DNA of 64,000 nucleotides from Acidobacteriota bacterium (GTDB taxonomy: Bacteria > Acidobacteriota > UBA890 > WLXD01), in the NCBI GenBank assembly GCA_965205505.1, contig CBDBHB010000008.1, positions 576,001 to 640,000 of the forward strand. The letters run 5' to 3'. This document shows positions 1-9,699 of the stretch, in pieces. Both the position numbers and the translations under genes were made by a program. Each line of letters opens with the position of its first letter. The first letter of the stretch is position 1. Below the pieces are notes generated by a model, which was given only the letters and a program-made list of their open reading frames with translations, was not told where the DNA came from and ran no database searches.

Positions 1-581
1 GATGTGTACTGTGTCCCCTGGTCGCTATGGTGGATCACCTGCCCCGGCCGCCTCTGCCAGATCGCCATGTTCAGCGCTTCCAGTACAAGCTCCGTGCGCA
101 GGTGGTTGGCCATCGACCAACCGACCACGCGGCGAGAGTAGGCATCCAGAACGATGGCCAGGTACAGGAACCCCGACCAGGTCGAGACATACGTGATATC
201 CGAGACCCACAGCTGGTTGGCAGCCTCCACTCGGAAGTTCCGCTTCACCAGATCAGGCACCACTTGTGCGCTGTTGCCACGACTCGTCGTTCGACAGCGG
301 CGCCGGCGGCTCACGCCTTCCAGCCGCGCCTGCTTCATCAGCCGTGCCACACGGCGGCGACTGATCCGAACTCCGTCCTCGGCCAGCTCCGCGTGCACAC
401 GCGGGGTACCGTACGTGCCACGGCTCTCAGCGTGGATCGTCTCGATCCGGGCACGGAGGCGCGCATCTTGGCGCACCCGAGAACTCGTCGGCCGTTGGCG
501 CCACGCATAGTACCCGCTGGTGGAGATCTCCAGCACGCGGCACATCGTGGCGACCGGGTAGTGGGCCTGGTACTCGCTCAC
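1..581 (-). CDS. IS3 transposase OrfB (partial; not listed in the ORF track)
   Basis: Manual translation gives VSEYQAHYPVATMCRVLEISTSGYYAW...WVSDITYV...DAYSRRVVGWSM...HHSDQGTQYT. Confidence 0.9.
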   Translation of the reverse strand, partial: MSEYQAHYPVATMCRVLEISTSGYYAWRQRPTSSRVRQDARLRARIETIHAESRGTYGTPRVHAELAEDGVRISRRRVARLMKQARLEGVSRRRRCRTTSRGNSAQVVPDLVKRNFRVEAANQLWVSDITYVSTWSGFLYLAIVLDAYSRRVVGWSMANHLRTELVLEALNMAIWQRRPGQVIHHSDQGTQYT

Positions 582-889
582 GAACTCGAACGCTTCTTGG
601 GCACCGAGTCGGTCTCCTGTGCGAACCAGGCCGCGGCTTTTGCCAGGATCTCCCGTTCTGTTTTGAGCTGACGGTTCTCTCGGCGCAGACGCCGCAGTTC
701 CTCGCGCTCCTTCGTGCTCAGACCCTCAGCCGTGCGCCCGTCATCTCGGTCCGCCTGCTTGATCCACTGATGGATCGTCCAGTACGACGGCTCGAACTCC
801 TGGGCCAGCTCGTACGCGCTTCGGCCGGCTCTCGCCAGCTCGATGATCTGCTGCCGGTACTCCGGCGGATACGGTCTCGTTCTTGCCAT
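578..889 (-). CDS. IS3 transposase OrfA (HTH)
   Basis: MARTRPYPPEYRQQIIEL...ELRRLRRENRQLKTEREILAKAAAWFA, typical IS3 OrfA. Confidence 0.9.
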   Translation of the reverse strand: MARTRPYPPEYRQQIIELARAGRSAYELAQEFEPSYWTIHQWIKQADRDDGRTAEGLSTKEREELRRLRRENRQLKTEREILAKAAAWFAQETDSVPKKRSSS

Positions 890-944
890 GGTGGATTTCC
901 TCCACCCCAAGCTCTAGACCGTCCACGGAACCGAGGCAACTCCA

Positions 945-1037
945 GTGGTCGTTCCTCACCACCCACGTGGCCGACTAATCAACGTGGTCACCAACTGGTT
1001 CGACGAGCTAAAGCGGCTCGTGCCGACGGACCCGTAG
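945..1037 (+). pseudogene. C-terminal remnant of a Ser/Thr kinase-TolB-like (PD40 propeller) protein, cut by the IS3
   Basis: Encodes INVVTNWFDELKRLVPTDP*, nearly identical to the tail IRIVQNWFDELKRLLPTDP* at 35414. Confidence 0.65.
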
Positions 1038-1146
1038 CTCTTCGCGGGTGCCAGGTGGCGCGAAGAGCTATCTACGAAGTGAGGCGAGATTCTCCAAGGC
1101 ACTCCCGTGAGAAGCGGTGGTAGGGACGGGGCACCCAACCAGACGG

Positions 1147-1629
1147 ATGGAGGTAGCACTGCGCATCGTTTCGAGAACGCCTTCGGAGCTCGTCCTAGTG
1201 CACAGACCGCTTGTCGTCCCGTTGGTGGCAGCAGCGATGGTCGTTGGTGTTGCTATCGAGACGGCGGGATCCGGGCGATCTCTCTCGCTCGGTGAATGGA
1301 TCGCCGCTGGGATGGGGATGCTCGTCGGATCCTTCATCTCGTATCTTTCTGCATTGCGCACTCGGGTCGTTTTCGACGCTCCCCGTGGCCGTGTGCACTG
1401 GCAACACTTCGGCTGGCCTGGTCGTGCTCGCGGGGGCTGCTCGCTAAGTGAAGTGACGGGGGTTGAAGTGCTCGGCGATCAATCTGGAGCTTCCCGACTA
1501 GCGCTTTCAACCACCGGGGGAGTTGTCCCTCTTACCCGTCACTTCACCGGCTTCGAACGCCACGCCGAGAACGCCGCAGCTGTTCGAGAGTGGCTTTCGA
1601 ATTGCCGCCCAGACACGCCTGTCGTCTGA
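1147..1629 (+). CDS. Hypothetical membrane protein (2 TM helices + bPH-like domain)
   Basis: Two hydrophobic segments followed by TRVVFDAPRGRVHW...LSEVTGVEV beta-rich tail. Confidence 0.55.
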   Translation: MEVALRIVSRTPSELVLVHRPLVVPLVAAAMVVGVAIETAGSGRSLSLGEWIAAGMGMLVGSFISYLSALRTRVVFDAPRGRVHWQHFGWPGRARGGCSLSEVTGVEVLGDQSGASRLALSTTGGVVPLTRHFTGFERHAENAAAVREWLSNCRPDTPVV

Positions 1630-1651
1630 CTTCAGGTTCGAACTGCCGCGT

Positions 1652-1783
1652 GGGTACTGTCAAGTTAAGCCGATTCTTGCCCGCTTAGGCGCCTCACCCA
1701 GACCGCAAAGGCCCGAATACCAGGGGTTCCTGTCCTACGGGTCACGCGTTTCTTGCCGATTTCGACTTAACTTGACAGTATCC
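1652..1783. mobile_element. MITE copy 1 with IS4-like terminal inverted repeats
   Basis: TACTGTCAAGTTAAG ... CTTAACTTGACAGTA; non-coding; near-identical copy at 30231-30363. Confidence 0.85.
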
Positions 1784-2690
1784 CTACCAGGTGTTCGTTC
1801 CCGAGCGCCGCACTCAGGCGGTGCAGGAGATGCGTCGGCTACGGCGGCAGTACGGCGGCGAGCGGCTGCGGTTTCGTACGGTGAAGCTGTTCATGGACGG
1901 CATTCTCTCGAACCACTCTGGCGCCTTGCTCGAGCCCTACACTGATGATCCGAGCTTCGCCAGCGACACCATGTTATCGATGGCCGAGCTGCGCGACTTC
2001 CTGCTCGAGCTGCACGAGGCGCAGCTCGACCTGCACTTGCATACCATCGGCGACCGCGCCGTTCGCACCGCGCTCGACGCTGTGGAGGCGGCGAGGGCGG
2101 CAGTCTCGGGCGAGCTGTACCCGCGTGTCACGCTGTCGCACGTCCAGGTCATCGATCCTGTCGACATACCGCGCTTCGCGCCGCTCGACGTCTCCGCCAA
2201 CCTCACGGCCTGGTGGTTCGCCGTCGGCGCTGCCTACCCCGAAGAGACAGAGATGCTGGCGCTGGGCCCGGAGCGAGCGATGCGTATCTACATCGCCAAG
2301 TCGCTAGTCGACGCCGGTGGCCGCGTGACCTTCTCGAGCGACGACTGGCGGCTGTCAGTCATCAGCCCGTATCTAAACATGCACGGTGCCCATACGCGGG
2401 AGGCGCCCCGGGGCGAGGGCGCGAGCCCTCGACCGCCGGCGACCGAGCGTATGGATCTGCGCTCGATCGTGCGCGGTTTCACCGTCGATGGCGCCTATCC
2501 GTTTCGCATGGAGGACCGCATTGGCTCCCTCGAGGTCGGCAAGCTCGCCGACCTCGTGGTGCTCGACGAGGACCTCTTCATGCTCGATCCCGCGGACATC
2601 CCCGAGGTGCAGCCCACGGCGGTGATGATGGAAGGCGTGCTAGTGCACGGCGAGCTACCGGTTGCGTCGCCGCCGGCCATAGAGCAGTAG
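1784..2690 (+). pseudogene. 5'-truncated amidohydrolase (YtcJ/Amidohydro_3), paralog of 28238-30175
   Basis: Starts at the MITE end; 1783-1807 is identical to 29223-29247; has VKLFMDG, HTIGDRA, IGSLEVGKLADLVVLD but lacks the N-terminal DGHTH half. Confidence 0.85.
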
Positions 2691-2768
2691 CCAGAAGATC
2701 CAGGGAAGCCGACTGCAGCAACGCACGGGAAGCTCCGTAGCCTACGCGGGCGAAGTCCAGCTCCGAAG

Positions 2769-2820
2769 TGGAGGCGGCGGGAATTGAACCCTCACGAGCG
2801 TAAGCGCACCGGATCTTGAG
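2769..2820 (-). other. att-site relic: tRNA-Leu(CAA) fragment fused at the T-loop to a tmRNA 3' end
   Basis: Minus strand reads CTCAAGA TCCGG TGCGCTTACGCTCGT GAGGG TTCAATT CCCGC CGCCTCCA. Confidence 0.7.
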
Positions 2821-2842
2821 TTCTTTGCAACCCCCTAACCGA

Positions 2843-3544
2843 CTAGCCGCTCTCTTGTTGATCCGATGCGATCAAGCTCATCGCGAGATCGCCGTTCGCG
2901 TCCGCCCGCACCTGCACCTCGCGCTGGAGGATGCGGTCACCCGCAACTCCCCATGCTGTTAGCAGGTACGACCCCTTCGGGATGTCCTCGACGCGAAAGC
3001 TCCCCCGATCATTGGCGATCGCCGCATACGGGTGCGAGACCACGAGGATGAGCGCCATCATCCCCGGGTGCATGTCGCAGCGGACGCTATAGGGGCCCGT
3101 CTGCTCGAACCGGTGCTCGACCTCGTCGTCGTGCCTCAGGTCGGCGTTGATGACCACGGCCTGTGTCTGCGCTTGCGTCACGCGCACGTTGTGCTCGGTG
3201 TCGTCGCCGTTGCCGAACCGCACCTGTTGACCTCTCGCGGCGATCGCCATCCGCGGATAGAAGGTGCGAGCGAACTGCTCGATCACGATCGCCGTTGCCG
3301 GCGCCTCGCGTTCCGGTGCAACCGACGCTGCCTCTGCGAGGGGCTCCAGCGACACGACCGCCGGGCCGAGCCCATCGGGGAGCGTCGCGAGCAGCGTTGC
3401 CGCCGCCGCGTCGGGTGCAGCCGACCTGTCGGGCTCGGGACCGGCCGACGGCGAGCCGTCGGGAGCACACGACACCAGCACGAGCGTGATGACCGTCGAC
3501 CACACCATCGGTCGCCGTTCCCGCGGAGCATGTCGCGAGTTCAT
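2843..3544 (-). CDS. Cupredoxin-like + carboxypeptidase-regulatory-like domain lipoprotein
   Basis: Lipobox LVLVSC; HNV...YSVRCDMHPGMMALILV copper-site motif; GSFRVEDIPKGSYLLTAW; start codon uncertain. Confidence 0.75.
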   Translation of the reverse strand: MNSRHAPRERRPMVWSTVITLVLVSCAPDGSPSAGPEPDRSAAPDAAAATLLATLPDGLGPAVVSLEPLAEAASVAPEREAPATAIVIEQFARTFYPRMAIAARGQQVRFGNGDDTEHNVRVTQAQTQAVVINADLRHDDEVEHRFEQTGPYSVRCDMHPGMMALILVVSHPYAAIANDRGSFRVEDIPKGSYLLTAWGVAGDRILQREVQVRADANGDLAMSLIASDQQESG

Positions 3545-3673
3545 GCCGCGAAGTTTAACGAACTGTCGGTCTTCCAGTGAGCGGGCACGGCGTACGCGTT
3601 GGATACGCGGCGGCATGGGTAGGTGGTTCGCTTGGTCGGTTCTAACGTGGCAAGAATTTGGCAGGGTCGGGAC

Positions 3674-3772
3674 TGAGGCCGGCTGCGTTGCGCTCTGCCG
3701 GCCTCAACAGCCTGTTGTCAGCACCGAGGTACTGAGATAGAAGGTGGTGCTAGCGCCGTGGGGTCTGGATCA
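3674..3772 (+). mobile_element. Solo right-end remnant of the IS3-family element found at 49012-50271
   Basis: Matches the reverse complement of about 49012-49110 (GCCGGCCTCAACA..TTGTCAGCACCGAG.TACTGAGATA..GTGGT.CTA..CCGTGGGGTC). Confidence 0.75.
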
Positions 3773-3847
3773 TCGCTATCTGGCCTCCGCTCTGGGGAAG
3801 AACTGTAAATCACCCCAGCGAGTGTGATCTCGACTGAAGGAGTACCG

Positions 3848-6589
3848 ATGAAGAAATGGACGATCCTCACCGTGTCTCTCTTGTGGCTGGCGTCGAGCGC
3901 CAGTTCTTTCGCTAAGCAGTCGAACGTGCCGACCCCGGAGTCGGTGCTCGGGCATCAGATAGGCGCCGATTTCCAGTTAGCCTCCTACGAAGAATCGCTC
4001 GACTATTTCCGGCAGCTCGACGCCGCCAGCGACCGACTCCAACTCGTAGAGATTGGGCGAACTTCCTTCAACCGTCCATGGTATGTCGCGCTCGTCTCCT
4101 CACCCGAAAACCTGGCCAACCTCGAGCGCTACCGGGAGATCTCTCAACAGCTTGCTCATCCGCTGGGACTGACCGATGAAGAGGCACGGCAGCTCGCGCG
4201 GGAGGGCAAGGCCATCGTTCATATCGACGGCGGCCTCCACGCGAGTGAAGTTGCCCCCGCGCAACACACCATGGAGCTCGCGTATGACCTAGTGGCGGGG
4301 GTCGACGATCCTGAGATTCAGGCCATCCACGAGAACCTCATCGTGATGCTTTGGCCGTCCATCAATCCGGATGGCCAAACTCTCATTGCCGATTGGTATG
4401 AGCCCAACGTGGGCACCCCTTACGAGACCTCGTCGATGCCGTGGCTCTACCAGAAGTACGTCGGCCATGACAACAACCGTGACGCGTACACGCTCAATAT
4501 GATCGAATCGCGGGTCATCGAACGGACCTGGCGCTACTGGGAGCCGCAGATCCGCTACGTCCCGCATCAGTCGCCGCCCTTTCCGACGCGGATCTTTTTG
4601 CCGCCCTATGCGGATCCGGTCGCGAATCGAGTCCATCCGCTGATGTCGAGGACCGTCAACACCTTGGGCATGCTCAATGCGCAGGCCTTGGAGGAGCGTG
4701 GCCAGGTTGGCGCCGCCCATATGGAGACCTTCGACGTCTGGTACCCGGGGTACGTGGATCACTTGCCCAACCTGCAGAACGCCGTCGCCTTCTTTACCGA
4801 GACGGCGCTCTTCGAGTACGCTACGCTGCGTTTCTATACTCTCAGAGACATCCCCGACAATCGGCAGGATCTGCGCCCCGAATCGCTCTACTCGAGCCCC
4901 TGGCCGGGTGGCTGGTGGCGTCTGCGGGATGCGGTCGAGTACATACTCACCTCCTCGCATGCGACCCTGGGCTTCGCCGCGAAGTACAAAGAGCGTGTGC
5001 TGTACAACCGGTATCAGGCGGGCCGCGACACCATACGCAGGTACACGAGCGATCCACCGTACGCGTATTTGATAGGCCAGCAGCAGAGGGACCCCGTCGC
5101 ACCCGTCGAGCTGCTCCGGCGCTTGGCATTCAACGGCATCCGGGTTCATCAACTCCAATCATCGGTGAGCATCGAAGGAAACACGTACCCGCCAGGGACC
5201 TGGGTGATCCCCATGAATCAGGAGTTCGCCGAGCTAGCCCGCAATGTTCTGGAGGTACAGAGCTACCCTGACCTCCGAGTCTCCGAGGAGGCACCTCCGC
5301 TGCAACCCTACGATGTAGCGGGTTGGACCCTCGCGTATCAGTTCGACGTTGAGGTGATCGAAGTGACGACACCGTTGTCCGACGATATCCGCGCGGCGAT
5401 GAATCCGGTAGAAGGAGAGGTCGCCGATTGGCGGCCGCTCTTTCAGCAGAGCGTCGATCCGGCGAGCCGCGACATCGATTCGGCGCCGTTCGACAGCGTC
5501 CCGGGTTTGGGATTCGATACCGATCCGGTGGCGGCGGGCATCGTGCCTCCGGCCGGTGAAGTGACCTCCTCGGGAGTTGCTCTGGCATTGAGCCCCGCTC
5601 AAAACAATAGCTTTCGCGCCGTCAATCGAGCCTGGCGCGAGGGCGGAGCAGTACGATTTCGCGAAGGGCGTTACGTGGTCACGGGACTCAGCGACCAGGT
5701 GGCTGGCGAGCTGCATCTGCAAGCGGAGCGCACCGGTGCCTCCGGTACAGCCGTTCCGCAACCACGCATCGGACTCTACCGGCCCTGGCGTCCGAGCCTG
5801 GACGAGGGATGGACGCGATGGCTGCTCGAGCAATACGATTTCGAGTTCACAAGTTTGCGGAATGCCGACTTCCATGCCCGACCGTTGGGCGATCGTTTCG
5901 ACGTCATCTTCTTCACCGATGAAGACGCGAGGACGATCCTTCAGGGGTTCCAACAAGGATCGGTTCCGCCTCGATACGCGGGCGGCATCGGCCCCCAGGG
6001 CGTGCGCGCGCTGAGCGAGTTCGTACAGGCGGGGGGAACGTTGGTTTACTTGAACCGGAGCAGTATTTTCGCAATCCAGGAGCTGAACCTACCGGTCCAG
6101 AATGTGGTAGCGGATCTCGACAGGCAGGACTTTTACGTGGGAGGGTCGTTATTGGAAGTCGCCGTCGATCCCGTCCATCCCGTGATGGCCGGGATGCCTG
6201 CGAAGGCCAATGTCTTCGTGGGGCGGAGCCCCGTGTTTACAACCACAGAGGGCTTCGAGGGGGCTGCCCTGGCAAAGTACCAAGAGGCCGGCTCACCGCT
6301 TCTTTCCGGCTACCTCTTGGGCGAGGAGCACGTCAACGGATACGCCGCGGCGCTGGACGTCCGCCACGGCGACGGCCACGTCATCTTGATCGGTTTCCGT
6401 CCGCAGTGGCGTGGTCAGGCGTTCGGCACGTTTCGGGTGCTTTTCAACGCCGCCCTATTCCACGGGGAGAATGCCGTCAATGCCGAGGGCAACACGGACT
6501 TCTGGAGCCCACCGCCCGAGCCCGAAGCGACGCAAGAAGCCGAGTCTACGCAGACGTCCCGATTACCGGCAATCCCATCGTCGCGGTAG
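3848..6589 (+). CDS. M14 zinc carboxypeptidase family protein, secreted
   Basis: Signal peptide; GGLHASE zinc motif; NPDG; DNNRD; C-terminal glutamine-amidotransferase-like region DEGWTRWLLEQY. Confidence 0.88.
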   Translation: MKKWTILTVSLLWLASSASSFAKQSNVPTPESVLGHQIGADFQLASYEESLDYFRQLDAASDRLQLVEIGRTSFNRPWYVALVSSPENLANLERYREISQQLAHPLGLTDEEARQLAREGKAIVHIDGGLHASEVAPAQHTMELAYDLVAGVDDPEIQAIHENLIVMLWPSINPDGQTLIADWYEPNVGTPYETSSMPWLYQKYVGHDNNRDAYTLNMIESRVIERTWRYWEPQIRYVPHQSPPFPTRIFLPPYADPVANRVHPLMSRTVNTLGMLNAQALEERGQVGAAHMETFDVWYPGYVDHLPNLQNAVAFFTETALFEYATLRFYTLRDIPDNRQDLRPESLYSSPWPGGWWRLRDAVEYILTSSHATLGFAAKYKERVLYNRYQAGRDTIRRYTSDPPYAYLIGQQQRDPVAPVELLRRLAFNGIRVHQLQSSVSIEGNTYPPGTWVIPMNQEFAELARNVLEVQSYPDLRVSEEAPPLQPYDVAGWTLAYQFDVEVIEVTTPLSDDIRAAMNPVEGEVADWRPLFQQSVDPASRDIDSAPFDSVPGLGFDTDPVAAGIVPPAGEVTSSGVALALSPAQNNSFRAVNRAWREGGAVRFREGRYVVTGLSDQVAGELHLQAERTGASGTAVPQPRIGLYRPWRPSLDEGWTRWLLEQYDFEFTSLRNADFHARPLGDRFDVIFFTDEDARTILQGFQQGSVPPRYAGGIGPQGVRALSEFVQAGGTLVYLNRSSIFAIQELNLPVQNVVADLDRQDFYVGGSLLEVAVDPVHPVMAGMPAKANVFVGRSPVFTTTEGFEGAALAKYQEAGSPLLSGYLLGEEHVNGYAAALDVRHGDGHVILIGFRPQWRGQAFGTFRVLFNAALFHGENAVNAEGNTDFWSPPPEPEATQEAESTQTSRLPAIPSSR

Positions 6590-6709
6590 GAGATCTCGCG
6601 TCCAAGACCACCCAGACGACCATCTGACCTGCCCCAAGTGCTTGGGCCATGACGTCTCGTCTCGACGTAACCGTTTGCGTGTGAAGCGTATCCATCGGTC
6701 GCCAAGGTC

Positions 6710-7213
6710 ATGAGAATGCCCGATTCGTACGACATCCGACCAGTCGGCACAGAGGACCACTCCGATTGGCTGACGCTGTGGCAGCATTACCTCGTCTTTT
6801 ACCAGGCGTCACTACCTGAGGTCACGACGACACGGCTGTGGCAGCGATTGCTGGATCCGGTACACCCATTTCGTTGCTTCGTCGCCGTGGATACGAATAC
6901 TCAGCGCCTGGTCGGCATCGTGCACTTCTTCGCACATCCTGATACCTGGGAGTCTAAGCCCGTCTGTTACCTGCAAGACCTGTACGTCGATGAACCGGCG
7001 CGGGGCCGCGGCGTGGGCGCCGCGCTTATCGAAGCCGTTCTCGACGAATCGGAGCGTTGCGGTTGGGCGGTCGTATACTGGCACACCATGCACGACAACA
7101 CGCGGGCGCGCGGCCTCTACGACAAGCTCACCGGCGGGACGGATGGCTTCGTCACCTATCGGCTGAGCCGAACTCCGCGCCCCGCGGCCACGTCATCGGA
7201 CCAACTCGGCTAG
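6710..7213 (+). CDS. GNAT family N-acetyltransferase
   Basis: CYLQDLYVDEPARGRGVGAALI; YWHTMHDNTRARGLYDKL. Confidence 0.9.
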   Translation: MRMPDSYDIRPVGTEDHSDWLTLWQHYLVFYQASLPEVTTTRLWQRLLDPVHPFRCFVAVDTNTQRLVGIVHFFAHPDTWESKPVCYLQDLYVDEPARGRGVGAALIEAVLDESERCGWAVVYWHTMHDNTRARGLYDKLTGGTDGFVTYRLSRTPRPAATSSDQLG

Positions 7214-7378
7214 CAGGCCGTGGTGAAAGTGTGGTGGGTCTGGCGACAGGGTGTTGCGAAGTGGAGGCAAGGAGAGAGGAGGAGGCGATGGATACCCCAG
7301 CACCCTGCTAGATCTCGCAGCTGCTTGGCACAGAGATCACCCGCAGGCCGGACAACCGAGAACCCAGGAAGGTCGCGA

Positions 7379-7828
7379 ATGAGATTCCATAGCGCAGCGG
7401 CATTTGCAGTGGCGATACTGCTGATATCGGCCGAACCGGCTCGCGCCGCACAACAAACCAGCGGTGCGGACGTCGACGCGGTGATCGCCGCGATGGACGC
7501 GACCGGCGACGCGCTGCGCGCCGGCGACAACGAAGCGTTCCTGTCGATGTATTCCCAAGACGTGTTCTTCATGCCGCCCGATAGCGCGCCCGCCGTGGGC
7601 AAGGCCGCGATGGCGGCAACGAACAGCCTGGAAGGCCCCCTCGCCTGGGCTGAGGATTACGAGGAGGTCATGGTGCACGGCGACTGGGCGCACGTCGTCG
7701 CTACCTGGACAATCGGCGATCAGGTTGCTGGGAAGGCAATCTACATTCTTGCGAGGCAGGCGGACGGATCATGGAAGATCGCACGCGAGTTCTGGAACAC
7801 AGACGCGGCTTCGGGGGACAACCAGTGA
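7379..7828 (+). CDS. Secreted NTF2/SnoaL-like (DUF4440/YybH) protein
   Basis: Signal peptide; FLSMYSQDVFFMPP; GKAIYILARQADGSWKIAREFWN. Confidence 0.8.
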   Translation: MRFHSAAAFAVAILLISAEPARAAQQTSGADVDAVIAAMDATGDALRAGDNEAFLSMYSQDVFFMPPDSAPAVGKAAMAATNSLEGPLAWAEDYEEVMVHGDWAHVVATWTIGDQVAGKAIYILARQADGSWKIAREFWNTDAASGDNQ

Positions 7829-7932
7829 GACGCGGCGCTTGTTCGTAGGGAAAGTTCTCGCAGAAATCGAGCCGGGCATGACCAAGACCCGCGAGAGCCT
7901 TTACATCCGCGACGCGGACTGAGGGAGCAACG

Positions 7933-8376
7933 GTGGGATTCGTTCTCAAGACGGGAGAGGGTGAACCGCTGCTGAACGGCATTGTCGTCAAGGCATCGCC
8001 GACGAGCGGGACGTCGGGCTCTATTCTGGTTGAACAAACATTCCAGCGGGGCTGTACAACGAATCTTCACATTCACGAACAGGGCGATGAGCTGTTCTAT
8101 GTCGTGTCAGGTCGGGGCACCGCGACGCTGGGTGACAAGACCGAAGCAATTGAACCTGGTGACGTGATTCTTGTGGCCCAGAGTGCAGTTCACCGCATCG
8201 AGAACCTGGACAATGACGAGCCCCTAAAGGTCGTCTATTTCATGGACAGTCCGGAGTTAGTCGAGCAATTTCGTGCGCTTCACGAGCGCGTTACATCGGA
8301 ACCGGATCGACCGATTACGCCGGAAGAGAGGGCCGCGATTGAAGACCGAATTGGTGGTGGCAAGACGGTGAGATAA
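7933..8376 (+). CDS. Cupin domain protein
   Basis: HIHEQGDELFYVVSGRG...PGDVILVAQSAVHRIEN. Confidence 0.85.
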   Translation: MGFVLKTGEGEPLLNGIVVKASPTSGTSGSILVEQTFQRGCTTNLHIHEQGDELFYVVSGRGTATLGDKTEAIEPGDVILVAQSAVHRIENLDNDEPLKVVYFMDSPELVEQFRALHERVTSEPDRPITPEERAAIEDRIGGGKTVR

Positions 8377-8397
8377 ATCGTTTGGTCCTTGGGGCGC

Positions 8398-9159
8398 TCA
8401 GCCGGCGATGCCACCACCGTCCACGACCAGAAACTCGCCGGTGACGAACGAAGATTGGTCGGAAGCGAGGAAGACCACCGCGTCCGCGATCTCGTCTGCG
8501 GTGCCGATGCGCCCCAGCGGCCGTGCCGAGCAGCCGGCGAGATACTCCTCCCACGACTGGCCACGCTTGGCGGCGTCGTCGGGGAGCATCGGGGTATCGA
8601 CGTCGCCAGGGCACACGCAGTTGACGCGAATGCCGTCGGGGCCGTGGTCGATCGCCATCGCCTTGGCCATGACGATCAGGCCTCCCTTCGCCGCGCAGTA
8701 CGCCGCCGCCTTGTCGCCGCCGAGGATGCCCCAGCCGGAGCTGGTGTGGATGATCGAGCCGCCACCGCTCTCGATCATCGACGGGATGACGTACTTCGAC
8801 ATGAGAAAGGCCCCTTTCAGGCTGGAGTCGATCGTCTCGTCCCACTCCTCCTCGGTACAGTCCGGAACGGTCTTTGGATGAAACACCCCGGCATTGTTGA
8901 ACAGGATATCGATGCGGCCGAAGCGCTCCAGTGTCTGCTCTACGGCCTGCCGGCAATCCTCGGCGAGGCGCACGTCGGAACGGATGAACATCGCCTCGCC
9001 GCCGGCGTCGGCGATCGACTGCGCCACCGCCTCGCCGCGCTCCGAGTTGCGTCCCGTCAGTGCCACGGATGCCCCTTCGCGCGCGAAGCGCACCGCGGTG
9101 GCAGTGCCGATTCCGGCGGTGCCACCGGTGATCAGGCCCACCTTGCCTTCCAATCTCAT
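8398..9159 (-). CDS. SDR family oxidoreductase
   Basis: TGGTAGIG, NNAG, YCAAK, NCVCPG. Confidence 0.92.
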   Translation of the reverse strand: MRLEGKVGLITGGTAGIGTATAVRFAREGASVALTGRNSERGEAVAQSIADAGGEAMFIRSDVRLAEDCRQAVEQTLERFGRIDILFNNAGVFHPKTVPDCTEEEWDETIDSSLKGAFLMSKYVIPSMIESGGGSIIHTSSGWGILGGDKAAAYCAAKGGLIVMAKAMAIDHGPDGIRVNCVCPGDVDTPMLPDDAAKRGQSWEEYLAGCSARPLGRIGTADEIADAVVFLASDQSSFVTGEFLVVDGGGIAG

Positions 9160-9180
9160 GCGAGCGATTCCCCTTCTTGG

Positions 9181-9415
9181 TTAGCGGCTGCTCCGGCGTC
9201 CCGACCGGGGACGGCCGGAGGCGAACAGTGCCGCGATCTCCTCCGGCTTCGCGTGTCGACCGAACGGTATCTTCCGGTTCACCGCTTTGAGCAAGGCGTC
9301 AGTGTACTCGGCCCGCTGCATCGGGAGGGCGCCTAGCTGTTCGGGACCACCTCGTTCATGTACCAATCCATGAAGTTCACCAGGCTACGCTCGTTGCGGG
9401 AGTAGTGTCTCCACG
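9181..9415 (-). pseudogene. Juxtaposed fragments: Rieske oxygenase alpha-subunit C-terminus and SDR C-terminus
   Basis: HYSRNERSLVNFMDWYMNEV* followed by RKIPFGRHAKPEEIAALFA; neither has its N-terminal part. Confidence 0.45.
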
Positions 9416-9699
9416 CCTCGGAGCGCCTCAGCGTCGCCCGGTTGGTGGCGGGCTCAACGCTGCCCTGTCTGCAGACGGTCGCTGCTCGATGGGCGAACCG
9501 GCCTAGGGTCCCACGCGGAAGACGTCTCGGGAAGGGAGCGCACCAGGCATCAGTCGACCGAACTATCATGACGACCTGCTGGAGCGTTATCTCGGTGGGT
9601 TCGAGAAGTAGGTGAAGAGCAGACAGACAGTCCGGTTCATGACGCCCCGGCGACCATCGCTTGGGCGAGCGAAGCTCGTGAGCAGAAAAGGATCCCGTC

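Larger units (their letters stand above)
1..944 (-). mobile_element. IS3-family insertion sequence (runs off the left edge of the window)
   Basis: Left end TGGAGTTGCCTCGGTTCCGTGGAC at 944 on the minus strand; orfA and orfB overlap at GTGA; DDE integrase motifs in orfB. Confidence 0.9.
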
